From Terriglobia bacterium (GTDB lineage Bacteria > Acidobacteriota > Terriglobia > 2-12-FULL-54-10), in NCBI GenBank assembly GCA_963666975.2, contig CAXVYR010000004.1:1824001-1888000 (forward strand): a stretch of DNA of 64,000 nucleotides. The letters are read 5' to 3'. Both the position numbers and the translations under genes were made by a program. Each line of letters begins with the position of its first letter. The first letter of the stretch is position 1. The notes under the pieces are model-generated. The model saw nothing but the letters and a program-made list of their open reading frames with translations, had not been told where the DNA came from and searched no databases. Of this stretch, positions 19,496 to 29,241 are shown piece after piece.

Positions 19496-19637
19496 CGGAA
19501 AGCAGAAGACAGAAGTCAGGAGTCGAGGAAGTCTGAATAAAAAACGGAGCAGGCCTTTCTCTTCGGCTGCTGTCTCCTGCCTTCTTTTTCTCCGTGCCCT
19601 CTGTGTCTCGGTGGCTAAATAAAAAAGAGAAATGAAT

Positions 19638-20579
19638 ATGGGACTGAAAATTGCCCTCCTGGGAACTGGCAATATCGGCTCGGCTCTGCTGGGGGGGATA
19701 CTGAAAAGCGGGCTGGCGCGGCCCCAGGACGTGGTTGTCACGGTGGCCGTCGAGGAGGAGGAGAAGCGGCAAGAGCTGGAGAAGCGGTGGAAGGTGCGCG
19801 CCCTGCCGGCCGCCAACCGCGCCGCCGCCGCCGGAAGGGACGTGGTTATTCTGGCGGTCAAACCACATATCCTTCCCAAAGTCCTGGAGGAAATCCGGGG
19901 AGTGCTGCGGGAGAACCAGGTGGTCATTTCCGTGGCCGCCGCCGTCCCTCTCCCTCTGATCGAATCCCTGATCGGCAAACGAGTCTGCCTGTTCCGCGCT
20001 ATGCCGAACATTCCCGTAGTAGTGGAAGAAGGGGCCACGGGGGTGGCCGGCAATCAGGCAACTACGGCGGAGCAGCGCCAGTTGGTGAAAAAGATATTCG
20101 GGACGCTCGGCGCGGTGGTGTTCGTCGAGGAGTGGCAACTGGACGCCGTGACGGCGCTTTCGGGCAGCGGACCTGCCTACGTCTACATGGTGATTGAGGC
20201 CCTGATCGACGGCGGGATCAAGATGGGGCTGTCGCATGATGTGGCCACCCGGCTGACGGAGCAAACGGTGCTCGGCGCTGCCAAGCTGGTCCGGGAAACC
20301 AAGCTCCATCCGGCTATCTTGCGCGACCAGGTCATCACGCCAGGAGGGGTGACGATCGCCGCCATCCATGAGCTGGAAAATCACGGCCTGCGCGCCATGT
20401 TGATCAGCGCCGTTGAGACGGCCACGGCGCGTTCCAAAGAAATCCGCGAGCAGATGGTGGAACGGTTTTCACCCGCGGCCGCCGCCAAAACTCCAACCGT
20501 ACCCGCTACAAAAAAACCCCGCAGCAAGAAGAAAAGCAAACCCAAGCCCGCAGCGAAGGCGAAGAAGCGCGGAAGGTAA
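19638..20579 (+). CDS. proC: Pyrroline-5-carboxylate reductase with Lys-rich tail
   Basis: GTGNIG, LAVKP, RAMPN, TALSGSGPAY and VITPGGVT. Confidence 0.96.
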   Translation: MGLKIALLGTGNIGSALLGGILKSGLARPQDVVVTVAVEEEEKRQELEKRWKVRALPAANRAAAAGRDVVILAVKPHILPKVLEEIRGVLRENQVVISVAAAVPLPLIESLIGKRVCLFRAMPNIPVVVEEGATGVAGNQATTAEQRQLVKKIFGTLGAVVFVEEWQLDAVTALSGSGPAYVYMVIEALIDGGIKMGLSHDVATRLTEQTVLGAAKLVRETKLHPAILRDQVITPGGVTIAAIHELENHGLRAMLISAVETATARSKEIREQMVERFSPAAAAKTPTVPATKKPRSKKKSKPKPAAKAKKRGR

Positions 20580-20706
20580 GTCCTTTGGCGATTGGGGGCC
20601 TGTAAAATGATCGGAAGCAGGGCCTGGCAGTTGCCAATTACTTCTAAATCGTTTTCGCAAATGATGTAGACCGCTCCGCCATCGGGACCAGGTATCCCCT
20701 TCGGCT

Positions 20707-20825
20707 GTCATCCTGAGCCCTTCGGCGTTGCTCAGGGTAAACGCCGCGAAGGATCTGCTTTTGTACGCGGGGATTGGTCCTTTCCCGGCGGAATAGCAGA
20801 TTCCTCGCGGAGCCTGCCCTGAGCG
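20707..20825. repeat. REP-like dispersed repeat (GTCATCCTGAG...CCCTTCGGC..GCTCAGGGTAAAC...GAAGGATCT)
   Basis: Similar copies at ~31026-31165 and ~53490-53560. Confidence 0.7.
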
Positions 20826-20830
20826 CAACC

Positions 20831-21082
20831 GTGAAGTCATACATTTTCAAAGTCGCCATCGAGGAGGACCAGTTTGAGGATGGGAAGCAGGCCTATCCCG
20901 CCCGCTGTCCCGCTCTCAAAGGTTGCCATACTTGGGGCCATACTTACGAAGAGGCGCTCACTCATATCCGCGAGGCAATTGAGCTATATGTAGAAGACCT
21001 TCAAGAGGCAGGGAGCCCATCCCCGTGGACCCGGACCAAGGTTGTCTGGAGTTGTCCACACCCTCGGTGGCAGTCAACGTAA
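20831..21082 (+). pseudogene. HicB-family antitoxin, apparently frameshifted near the C-terminus; no hicA nearby
   Basis: CPALKGCHTWGHTYEEALTHIREAIELYVE; adding one G at ~21011 restores EAGEPIPVDPDQG...SVAVNV. Confidence 0.75.
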
Positions 21083-21125
21083 CGCCCAGTCAGTTCCAGC
21101 AAGTTATTCTTTGAGCTGACTTGCA

Positions 21126-21560
21126 TGGACTATAACCCTAGTGGCGAATATCCCATCCGGTCTTGAGAGGCTATCTTGGGAACAGACCCCGTCCTTGCAA
21201 GAAAGCATATAGATGATGCTGTTCGTCGCGCCTCCCGGACTTTTGAGTTGCTCGAAAAGGAGTCCGCCGAGAACAGAAGCACATACGAAAGGTTCCACAA
21301 TAACTGGGCCATTTTTTCTGGAGGCACGGTCGCTCTGAGCATTACCTATTGGGGATACCTGAAAAGTCTGTCCATACCTGTCGCATCAGAGGCAGGGTTG
21401 CATTACCTACCTAGTTGTCCATTTTTTCTGGAGGCACGGTCGCTCTGAGCATTACCTATTGGGGCTGAAAAGTCTGTCCATACCTGTCGCATCAGAAGGG
21501 TTGCTTATTGCAAGCTGGGCAACTTTGTTGCTATGCCTAGGGCAAATTCATAGTTGCTGT
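21126..21560 (+). pseudogene. Degraded hypothetical membrane-protein gene containing a ~110-bp-period tandem duplication
   Basis: 21309-21390 is repeated at 21419-21496 with a 4-bp deletion (ATAC); stops and frameshifts are present. Confidence 0.55.
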
Positions 21561-21583
21561 ATAGCTACCCAGAACGCTCGTAA

Positions 21584-21714
21584 AGCCCCAGAGGGGCGCA
21601 AGAGTTTAGCCCACGGCGCCAGCCGTGGGTGGGAAAGGCCACGCCGGATCAGCCCCGGAAGGGGTGCCGAAAGGAGCGAGAGACAAGGGCCGGAGCGTCT
21701 TGCGCCCCTCTGGG
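21584..21714. repeat. REP-like GC-rich palindromic element
   Basis: CCCAGAGGGGCGCAAGA ... TCTTGCGCCCCTCTGGG inverted repeat enclosing a CCCACGGC-GCCA-GCCGTGGG hairpin. Confidence 0.7.
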
Positions 21715-21733
21715 AGGGAAACTCAAACGACGC

Positions 21734-22720
21734 TCAGCGGCCCCGGATTCCTGCGGCTGCGCAGGAGCTATGCGCGATCATCTGGCGAAATTCCGATAAC
21801 AAACGCGGGTCCCACCATCCCTTCCGAACTTCATTCTCCATCGTTTCCAAGGCCTCCTCTGATGAAAAGGCGCGCTTGTAGGGGCGCTCGGTAGTCAGGG
21901 CGTCGTAAACGTCGGCGACCTGCAACACCCGCGCCGTCAGAGGAATTCGATCCCCTTGCAGGCCGTCGGGGTAGCCCGAGCCGTCGAGCTTTTCATGGTG
22001 ATGCCGGATGATGGGCAGCACCTCTCGAAAGGACTTGAGCGGGGCGCAGATGCATTCGCCTATCACGGGATGCTTCTGCACAATCCGCCACTCCTCAGCC
22101 GTCAGCCGGCCCGGTTTGAGGAGGATGTAGTCAGGCACTGCCACCTTGCCTACATCATGAACAATGCCGGCGTGCCGCAAGGCGATGACTTCATTTTCCC
22201 GCAACCCAATGCGCTTCCCCAGCCGGGCCGAGTAGTCCGCCAGCCGCTCACAGTGGCCTTCCGTATAAGGGTCTTTGGCCTCAATGCTGCATGCCAGGGC
22301 AAACAGCACCGATTCCGCCTCCTCGAATTGGCCGGTGCGGGTCTTTCCGCTGAGCAGAGAATGAACCCGTGCAAGCAGTTCTGCCTGATCCACGGGCTTG
22401 TTCAAGAAGTCATCGGCGCCTGCTTCAATGCCTCGAATACGGTCTTCGACGGCCGAATGCGCAGTAAGCAACACGACCGGAGTCAGGCGGCTTTCCGGGT
22501 TGGACTTGAGCCGCTGGCAGACCTGGAAACCGCACAGACCGGGTATTTTCACATCCATCACAACCAGGTCGGGTTGGAGCCGCGGGAAACGTGCCAGGGC
22601 CTCCGGGCCATCCTGCGCCGTGACAACCTGATAGCCCTGTACGGTGAGTATTTCTTCCAAAAGGGCGCGGGAAATTGGTTCATCATCTACCACGAGAATG
22701 AGACTTGACATAGGAACCAT
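21734..22720 (-). CDS. Response regulator with HD-GYP c-di-GMP phosphodiesterase domain (RpfG-like)
   Basis: REC domain (VVDDEP, VMDV, FLNKP), KDPYTEGH, HDVGK, HHEKLDGSGYPDGL; GGAGGA RBS before ATG 22720. Confidence 0.95.
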   Translation of the reverse strand: MVPMSSLILVVDDEPISRALLEEILTVQGYQVVTAQDGPEALARFPRLQPDLVVMDVKIPGLCGFQVCQRLKSNPESRLTPVVLLTAHSAVEDRIRGIEAGADDFLNKPVDQAELLARVHSLLSGKTRTGQFEEAESVLFALACSIEAKDPYTEGHCERLADYSARLGKRIGLRENEVIALRHAGIVHDVGKVAVPDYILLKPGRLTAEEWRIVQKHPVIGECICAPLKSFREVLPIIRHHHEKLDGSGYPDGLQGDRIPLTARVLQVADVYDALTTERPYKRAFSSEEALETMENEVRKGWWDPRLLSEFRQMIAHSSCAAAGIRGR

Positions 22721-24171
22721 GTATCCTCCAATGGGGGCTGCCAATGAATGGGGGTGCTTCACCAGGGTCTCATTTGGGTCTCATTCTATTGGGCCTGTTT
22801 TTCTTTCCATGTATCTTCCGTACTCCCAATGTGCTGGCGTACTCCCGATGTGCTGGCCAGAGCAGCGCCAAGCGGAGATTGCCGGTCAATAAACAAGGCG
22901 CAATGCTCGCTGAACGAATGATTGCCGAATGATGCTCCGGATACCCTGCCCTCCTAGCTAGAATGGATAGAGTATCTGCGAAAGCTGACCTCTTCCCTAC
23001 GCTCTCCCCGTCAACGGCGAGGGCAACGGTTCGTAGCAAAGCGATCTTGAGCGCGCGGATTCTCCTGGCCTAGCTATATTCTTGTCTTCCCAGTTCTGGA
23101 CTCTCCGCGGACAGAATCAATTGAGTATGATTACCTGCGGTAATGAGCAAACTTGGAGCTTGTTTAATGACAACTTGATTAATCACTAAATAGCCAGGTA
23201 CTGTCGGAAAGATTAAAGATTAGCGTGCTGTAAGAAATTCGTGAACGGAAAATATATCCTGCTCTGCTTTCTAAGCAGCGCCGCCGTTCGCATTCAAACG
23301 CAGAACTTGGCTTGTATCAATGGAGTTACTTCCGACGCGTAACCCAAGTAAATTCAATAGATTGGGGTGGTGTCTTGAAAAAACGCTCGGTGGGAACGGA
23401 TCATGTGCCTGCGCGGCTGCCAAATTGCTAGGCAGAGGGGTCGTCGCCCAATCTGCTCTTTGTCCTGAGCAGACCAGTGCACTAAATGATTCAGCAGGGA
23501 GCAGGCCCATGAAACAGACGCGCTTGCTGCGGTTTCTGTGTCGGCGAGACAGACGGCTGTTTTCAGCCTCTTATCCAAACTGCCGGAGCAGGTCGCTTAC
23601 CTTGCCGGGCCCGGTCTCCTGGCTAACCTGTTGAACATGAACGATATGTTTGTTCAGCATGGGCCGCTCCACATCTTTATTGAACATGGCGGAAGACACC
23701 GAGTTGGATGTGTTGTCCGTCCGAGGCCAGCCGCAACGCTTCCATGTCTTCGTCCGGATTTTGTTCCACATAGGAGAGTCGTGACAACACCTTGGTAATC
23801 GCCACGTGTTTGGTGTTAAAGGAAGAACAAATGGTGAAGATTGCGGCGAAAGAAAAACCCCTGTGCCGTATTGGTCAGAACGTCGGCTTGGCTCGTTGCT
23901 TGCCGGAGATCACCCCAGGCGAGGGCCGTTTCCGGATGCCCCAGTTGTTCTGCTATCCGCCGCGCTTCTTGATCGCTGGGGCTGCTGGCTCAATTGTGGG
24001 TGTTTCCACCCAGAAGGCAATAGGCTCCTTCACGAAACCATATTCAGGGGCTCGGCAAGGGACATAAGCGAATGACAGGAAACAAGAAAGAATCTTCGTT
24101 CGCACTGCGCGATGTGGCAGCCTGCGTGCCATTCTCTCAAGCGAGGGGCATTAAGAAAGGAGAAGATAGCC

Positions 24172-25341
24172 ATGGAATACACGCCCTGTCTGTCCAATCA
24201 GCCCTATAGGCCCAGGCTGGTTTTCTGGGAACTGACCAAAGGCTGTAACCTGCGCTGCGTCCACTGCCGGGCGACAGCCACAGAGCTATCTTCCCCGGAT
24301 GATCTGAGCTACGAAGAGTCGGTTCAGATCATCGAGCAACTGGCCGAATATGCGCCTTTGATCCTGGTGTTGAGCGGAGGCGAGCCGCTTTTTCGGGGCG
24401 ACCTGTTCCGGCTGGCGCGCCGTGCCACCAAACGCGGAATTCGGGTGGCGCTGGGCACCAACGGAACGCTCATCACCGCCGACGTGGCCCGAAAGATAAA
24501 AGAAGCTGGCGTGCGCCGGGTCGCCATCAGCATAGATGGGGCCGACGCGGCCACCCACGATGCGTTCCGTGGAATTCCGGGCGCGTTCGACCGTGCGATT
24601 GAAGGGTTCCAGCACCTGAAGCGGCTGGGCATGTCGATGCAGATCAACACCTCGGTGGCCAAGCATAATGCGGCGCAGTTGCCGGAGACGCTTGAGCTGG
24701 CTCTCCGGCTGGGCGCCGATGCCTTTCACCTGTTCTTGCTGGTGCCGGTGGGTTGCGGCGTTCAGATCGCCGACAAGCAGATGGTCGAGTCCGAGCAGTA
24801 CGAACAGATTCTGAACTGGCTGTACGACCGGACTCTCGAAAACCGGATCGAGTTGAAGGCCACCTGCGCGCCGCATTTCTTCAGCGTTGTCAGGCAGCGG
24901 AGAGCCGAGGCCCGGCGGCGCGGAGAGCAACTGCCGGAACCGGCGGCGCACGGGCATGGCGGGCACCCCATCATGCGATGAACGCTATGACGAGGGGCTG
25001 CCTGGCCGGGACGGGCGTTTGTTTCCTCTCGCACAAAGGCGAAGTCTATCCCTGCGGCTACCTGCCGCTCGAAGCCGGCAACTTGCGCCGGCAAAGCTTC
25101 GCCGAGGTCTGGCAGAATTCTCCCCTGTTTGCGTCCCTGCGAGACGTAGACAACTTGAAGGGGAAATGCGGCGCCTGCGAGTTCCGCAATATCTGCGAAG
25201 GATGCCGCGCGCGCCTTCGGATCGACCGGAGATTATCTCGCCGAAGAACCGTTTTGTTTGTATACGCCGCGCGGCTACATGGCCGAGGGACAGCCGCAAA
25301 GCGAGCAGCAGGCCATTTCACCACAGGCTGCATTACCCTAG
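24172..25341 (+). pseudogene. Radical SAM/SPASM protein, AhbD/NirJ2-like heme b synthase, two frameshifts
   Basis: WELTKGCNLRCVHC, LSGGEP, ATCAPHF; SPASM part GCLAG..C..PCGY..KCGAC..CEGCRAR in a second frame; AFGSTGDYLAEEPFC...TAG (25341) in a third frame. Confidence 0.85.
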
Positions 25342-25351
25342 AGGAGGGATT

Positions 25352-25561
25352 ATGTTTCGTTTTACCGATCTTATTCAAAAGAACCGGACGGTTCGCGAGA
25401 TCGAACAGCAATACCCCCAGACCAAGGATATCTTCGAAGAGCTTTCCGTGCGCGAGAGCTGCCGCGATTGTTCCCTCGCTCAGGCAGCCGAGCGAAGGGG
25501 AATCAATCCGGAGGACTTGGCAGACCGCCTGAACACCGTTTTATTTGGCGCGAACAGCTAA
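25352..25561 (+). CDS. Small DUF542/DUF1858-like protein with CxxC
   Basis: GAGGAGG RBS; TVREIEQQYPQTKDIF...SCRDCSLAQAAERRGINPEDL. Confidence 0.75.
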   Translation: MFRFTDLIQKNRTVREIEQQYPQTKDIFEELSVRESCRDCSLAQAAERRGINPEDLADRLNTVLFGANS

Positions 25562-25727
25562 CGGGTGTTCCCGCCACCCCGTCCGTCCGCGATCTCTCGA
25601 GAACGATTACCTGCAAAAGAGATGCGCGCCGGAAACCGACGCCACCGGAAAAAGCAGAAGTCCTTGTCCGTAGCGTGGCGAAGCAGCCTATACTGGTAGG
25701 AACAGATCACGGGGAAGGACTTTAGGC

Positions 25728-25922
25728 TTGGTACGCTGGCTGCGAATTGGTACGGGAATGAGTTTTCTGGTCGTCGGGCTGCTGGGTTGGTTGCTGCCGA
25801 TTATTCCCGGCTGGGCGTTTATCATTCCCGGACTGGTGCTGTTGAGCCGGGAGTTTCACTGGGCCAAAAGAACCTTGCAGTGGCTCAGAAACCGCTTCCC
25901 GAAAAAAACCATGCAGGATTAA
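25728..25922 (+). CDS. PGPGW-like small membrane protein
   Basis: GWLLPIIPGWAFIIPGLVLLSREFHWA. Confidence 0.7.
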   Translation: MVRWLRIGTGMSFLVVGLLGWLLPIIPGWAFIIPGLVLLSREFHWAKRTLQWLRNRFPKKTMQD

Positions 25923-25924
25923 CG

Positions 25925-26294
25925 GTCCGGCGCCGACATGGGCGTCGCCTACCTGTTGCCGCGCATCGTGGGGACCGCGCGCGCCATGGAGTTGCTCTAT
26001 CTGGGAGAGCCCATTCGGGCCGATCGCGCCGAGCAGATCGGCCTAGTCACCCGCGTCGTCAAGGCGGAGGAGCTGGAACAGGAGTCCATGGCTCTGGCGC
26101 AGAAGCTGGCAGCGGGACCGACCTTCTCCATGGGCATGACCAAGGTGCAGATCTACAATGAGTGGACAATGGCTCTGCCGGCGGCTATCGAAGCCGAGGC
26201 GCAGGCCCAGGCGCTGTGCATGCTCACCGACAATTTCGACGAAGGCTACCGGGCATTCAAAGAAAGACGGCCGCCGCAGTTCCACGGAAAATAG
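25925..26294 (+). pseudogene. C-terminal fragment of an enoyl-CoA hydratase family gene
   Basis: Begins at GADMGVAYLLPRIVG...EAQAQALCM...EGYRAFKERRPP; the N-terminal half with the catalytic motifs is absent. Confidence 0.8.
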
Positions 26295-26367
26295 AATGTC
26301 GTGGAATAGACGCTGCCTCGGGAAGAGTTCTCCCGGCAAGACAAAGGCAAGGTCTAAGGAGGAATCG

Positions 26368-27144
26368 GTGCGGCTTGCGGGAAAAACCGCCATCGTAACC
26401 GGCGGAGGCAGGGGAATCGGCGAGGTCATTGCCCTGGCGCTGGCGGTGGAGGGCTGTGCGGTTGTCGTCGCCGGGCGGAGCGAGACTCATCTGGAAAGAG
26501 TCGCCGAAAAGATCCGGGAGAGCGGGCGGGAGTCGCTGGCCGTTCGCTGCGACGTCACCGACCCCGGCTCGGTCCAAGAACTGTTTGGAAAAGTAAAAGC
26601 GAAGTGGGAAAAGCTGGACGTTCTGGTCAACAATGCCGGACAGAGCCACAGCGATCTGCTCGCCCGCGTGAGTTTCGAGACATGGAACCAGATGCTCGCC
26701 ATCAATCTGACCGGCGCCTTCCTGTGCTGCCAGGCGGCGCTGCAATGGATGCTGCCGCGCAAATCCGGAAGGATCATCAACATTGCTTCGACCGCATCCA
26801 AGATTGGGATTCGCTATGCGGGGGCCTACGCGGCGGCTAAACACGGCGTGCTGGGCCTGACGCGCACCATGGCCCTGGAGACGGCGACTTCGGGTATCAC
26901 GGTCAACGCTGTTTGTCCCGGGTGGGTGAGTACGGATATGGCCGAGAAGGCTGTTACCACCATCAGCGGCAAGACCAAGGTCAGCGCGGAAAAGGCGCGG
27001 GAAATTCTTGCCAACGACAGTCCTCAGAAGCGCATTCTCGATCCGGAGGAGATCGCCTCTACCGTCGTGTTTCTGGCCTGCGAGCAGGCTCGGGGGATTA
27101 CCGGTCAGGGCATCGATGTCTGCGGCGGGCAGGTGATGTCGTAA
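26368..27144 (+). CDS. Short-chain dehydrogenase/reductase (3-hydroxyacyl-CoA/hydroxybutyrate dehydrogenase-like)
   Basis: AAGGAGG RBS, GTG start; TGGGRGIG, NNAG, YAAAK and NAVCPG. Confidence 0.93.
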   Translation: MRLAGKTAIVTGGGRGIGEVIALALAVEGCAVVVAGRSETHLERVAEKIRESGRESLAVRCDVTDPGSVQELFGKVKAKWEKLDVLVNNAGQSHSDLLARVSFETWNQMLAINLTGAFLCCQAALQWMLPRKSGRIINIASTASKIGIRYAGAYAAAKHGVLGLTRTMALETATSGITVNAVCPGWVSTDMAEKAVTTISGKTKVSAEKAREILANDSPQKRILDPEEIASTVVFLACEQARGITGQGIDVCGGQVMS

Positions 27145-27296
27145 CCAGAGCCGCGACCGCCAGGGAGCGGTCGAGCCTGCACTGCCTGTCACGAGCGAAG
27201 CCGAGGGATCCGCAAGCGGTCACAAACACTAGCGGGATATCAGAAGGCTTCTTTGTCCGCTCCCTTATGCGGCGCTGGGCCGTCCCCCAATTTACA

Positions 27297-27335
27297 AACC
27301 CACGGCAAATTGGAACTGCCAATTTGCCGTGGGTT
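27297..27335. repeat. Dispersed hairpin repeat (CCACGGCAAATT...AATTTGCCGTGG family)
   Basis: AACCCACGGCAAATTGG-AACTG-CCAATTTGCCGTGGGTT; related copies at ~31383-31417 and ~57574-57616. Confidence 0.75.
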
Positions 27336-27388
27336 ACAGCTTGCCTGGGACTATGTGGATGTGAGATACGTACCGGGGTGAGCGGACG

Positions 27389-27805
27389 TTAAGGCCTACT
27401 TCTGCCGCCTATCCCCTCCAGCTCACAAGTCATCAGCCAGTCACCTGTTCCGCTGATATGATTAATTTCAACGGTCACCTTTTGCCCAAACGCGGCAAAA
27501 TCGGGTGCGGTGCTGCCTTCAAAAGTCCCATCCGAGAGCACGACACCTACACTTTGGTTCTTACTGCCCCGTGAGACAAAGACGGGTTCTCCGACCCTTG
27601 TATTTTCACCGTCCTTCCCGCCGATTGTAACTCCTCCTGCTTGGTCCACCTCACAAATGTCAATGGTCAGCGAAGGACTAAAAAGGGTATCGCCCTGCGC
27701 GCGCAACTCATTTCGCCAACTGGGCCAGAGGAGCGCCAAAGAAACGCATAATACAGCAAATGCCATCATCAGCACTGCTTTCACCTTGTTACGGTTGTTG
27801 TTCAC
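27389..27805 (-). CDS. Exported hypothetical protein
   Basis: GGAGG RBS, basic plus hydrophobic N-terminus, overlaps the upstream ligase-like gene. Confidence 0.6.
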   Translation of the reverse strand: MNNNRNKVKAVLMMAFAVLCVSLALLWPSWRNELRAQGDTLFSPSLTIDICEVDQAGGVTIGGKDGENTRVGEPVFVSRGSKNQSVGVVLSDGTFEGSTAPDFAAFGQKVTVEINHISGTGDWLMTCELEGIGGRSRP

Positions 27806-28958
27806 ATGTCACCTCCAACGGTTGCTTATATGATGCCGGTTGAGCAATCACGCCTAAGAGCGAGAACAGAAGAATCACAACCCACTGGCGCAAAAAGCTA
27901 AGCTCGAATAAGGCCGCAAAACAGAAACCGATGAGCGCGGCCAGTGCACCTGCGCCCAAGATTCGAGCTTCGGGCAGTTCGGCGCGAATGAGCGTGAGGG
28001 CTTTGGAAAGCCCGGAAATAAGCAGGTATCCAAGAGCGGCCAAGCCGATGATTCCCTGCTCGGCGAGGGTCTCGAGATAAAGATTGTGCACCCATCGGGT
28101 ATTAATAAGGTCAATCGAGGTGTAATCGAAGGTATGCGTTCCCTGTCCCAATAAAGGGGCCTGAAGAAAATTCGCCCATGCCACCGACCAAATCGGAATT
28201 CGCGCATCCCAAAATCGGCTGGCTCCTGCATTCCAGATGAGACCGAACTTGGTCACAAGTGGAAAACCGAGGAATCCATCGATCAGCAGCGTAACAGCAA
28301 GGATCACAAGGCTAAATGGCAAAGCAAGCCGCGGCCGCAGCAACGCGGCAACGCAAGCCAAAGAACCGATCATCGTCAGGATTGCCACGCGGCTCTGAAT
28401 AACGCACACGGCGCAGACACTCAGGAGGATGGAAAGCACAGCCAAGGCTCTTACCGCCTTGCTGCCCTCACACCACAACAATGCCAGCGACAGGGGTGCG
28501 ACTACGGCAAGAAAAGCGGTATCATTCGGCACAACTAGGAGCGGGCTTCGCACATCCGATATCCAATTATCCCATCCATAGGGAACTACCCAGCCTTTCC
28601 TCCACGCAATCCGAACCACTTCAAACGCAATGCCAAGTCCAACCGCAGAAAAAGTTAGGTAGAGCAGACGTGTATGCCGAGTCCCATGAAAGTGCTCGGC
28701 AACTAAAAAGAAGAGAAGGACAGCGGGCAATAAAGGTGCGCTTAATCTCAGGCTTCTGCCCATGTCCTCCGACACCAGAATGGCCAGTCCTGTCACGAGC
28801 AAAAAAATGAGCACAGGAAAAAACAATGGCGAGCTGCCGGTGGGGTTGTTCCGGTAACTGATAACAGCAACCAAGCCGCCACTCACGGCAAGAACAACCA
28901 ATGGGATGTCCCGCTCAAACGGGACTGCAATGCCCGCAACATAGGCGCAAACTCCCAT
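27789..28958 (-). CDS. O-antigen ligase (Wzy_C) family membrane protein
   Basis: Many TM helices, QSRVA, RIPIW...PLLGQG, HNLYLETLAEQGIIG; start may lie slightly upstream. Confidence 0.88.
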   Translation of the reverse strand: MGVCAYVAGIAVPFERDIPLVVLAVSGGLVAVISYRNNPTGSSPLFFPVLIFLLVTGLAILVSEDMGRSLRLSAPLLPAVLLFFLVAEHFHGTRHTRLLYLTFSAVGLGIAFEVVRIAWRKGWVVPYGWDNWISDVRSPLLVVPNDTAFLAVVAPLSLALLWCEGSKAVRALAVLSILLSVCAVCVIQSRVAILTMIGSLACVAALLRPRLALPFSLVILAVTLLIDGFLGFPLVTKFGLIWNAGASRFWDARIPIWSVAWANFLQAPLLGQGTHTFDYTSIDLINTRWVHNLYLETLAEQGIIGLAALGYLLISGLSKALTLIRAELPEARILGAGALAALIGFCFAALFELSFLRQWVVILLFSLLGVIAQPASYKQPLEVTCEQQP

Positions 28959-29241
28959 CGGACCCAGTGCTAAGGCCCAATTCAGACGAGAAATGGAAAA
29001 CCTGGTATCCGGCAGCGTAGCTCACCCCTTTTCAGGGTCCGGCCAGTGTCAGCAATGTAACCGGAGTTTCTGAATTTCCTTGGGTCAATATCTTATGTCC
29101 CGCTACTTTCCTGATCAAGTACATTATCAGCAAAAGACCCTAGTACGTATGAGCATCCTGGAACCTTCAGGACTGCACATGGGTCGCTCCGTTGGCGGCG
29201 GTTTAATGATGAAAATGGCATAAATTACCGATTTGCCGTAG

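Noticed and set aside
21309-21496. Direct repeat as possible CRISPR or att site
   Set aside because: Only two ~80-bp copies of coding-like sequence, no unique spacers, no cas or integrase; a tandem duplication.
22770-24110. Short ORFs in the 1.3-kb spacer between HD-GYP and the radical SAM gene
   Set aside because: No recognisable domains and many stops; may be decayed DNA, nothing supportable.
24976-24990. TGA codons in the radical SAM gene as possible selenocysteine
   Set aside because: Homology continues in a different frame and the TGA does not align with a conserved Cys; it is a frameshift.
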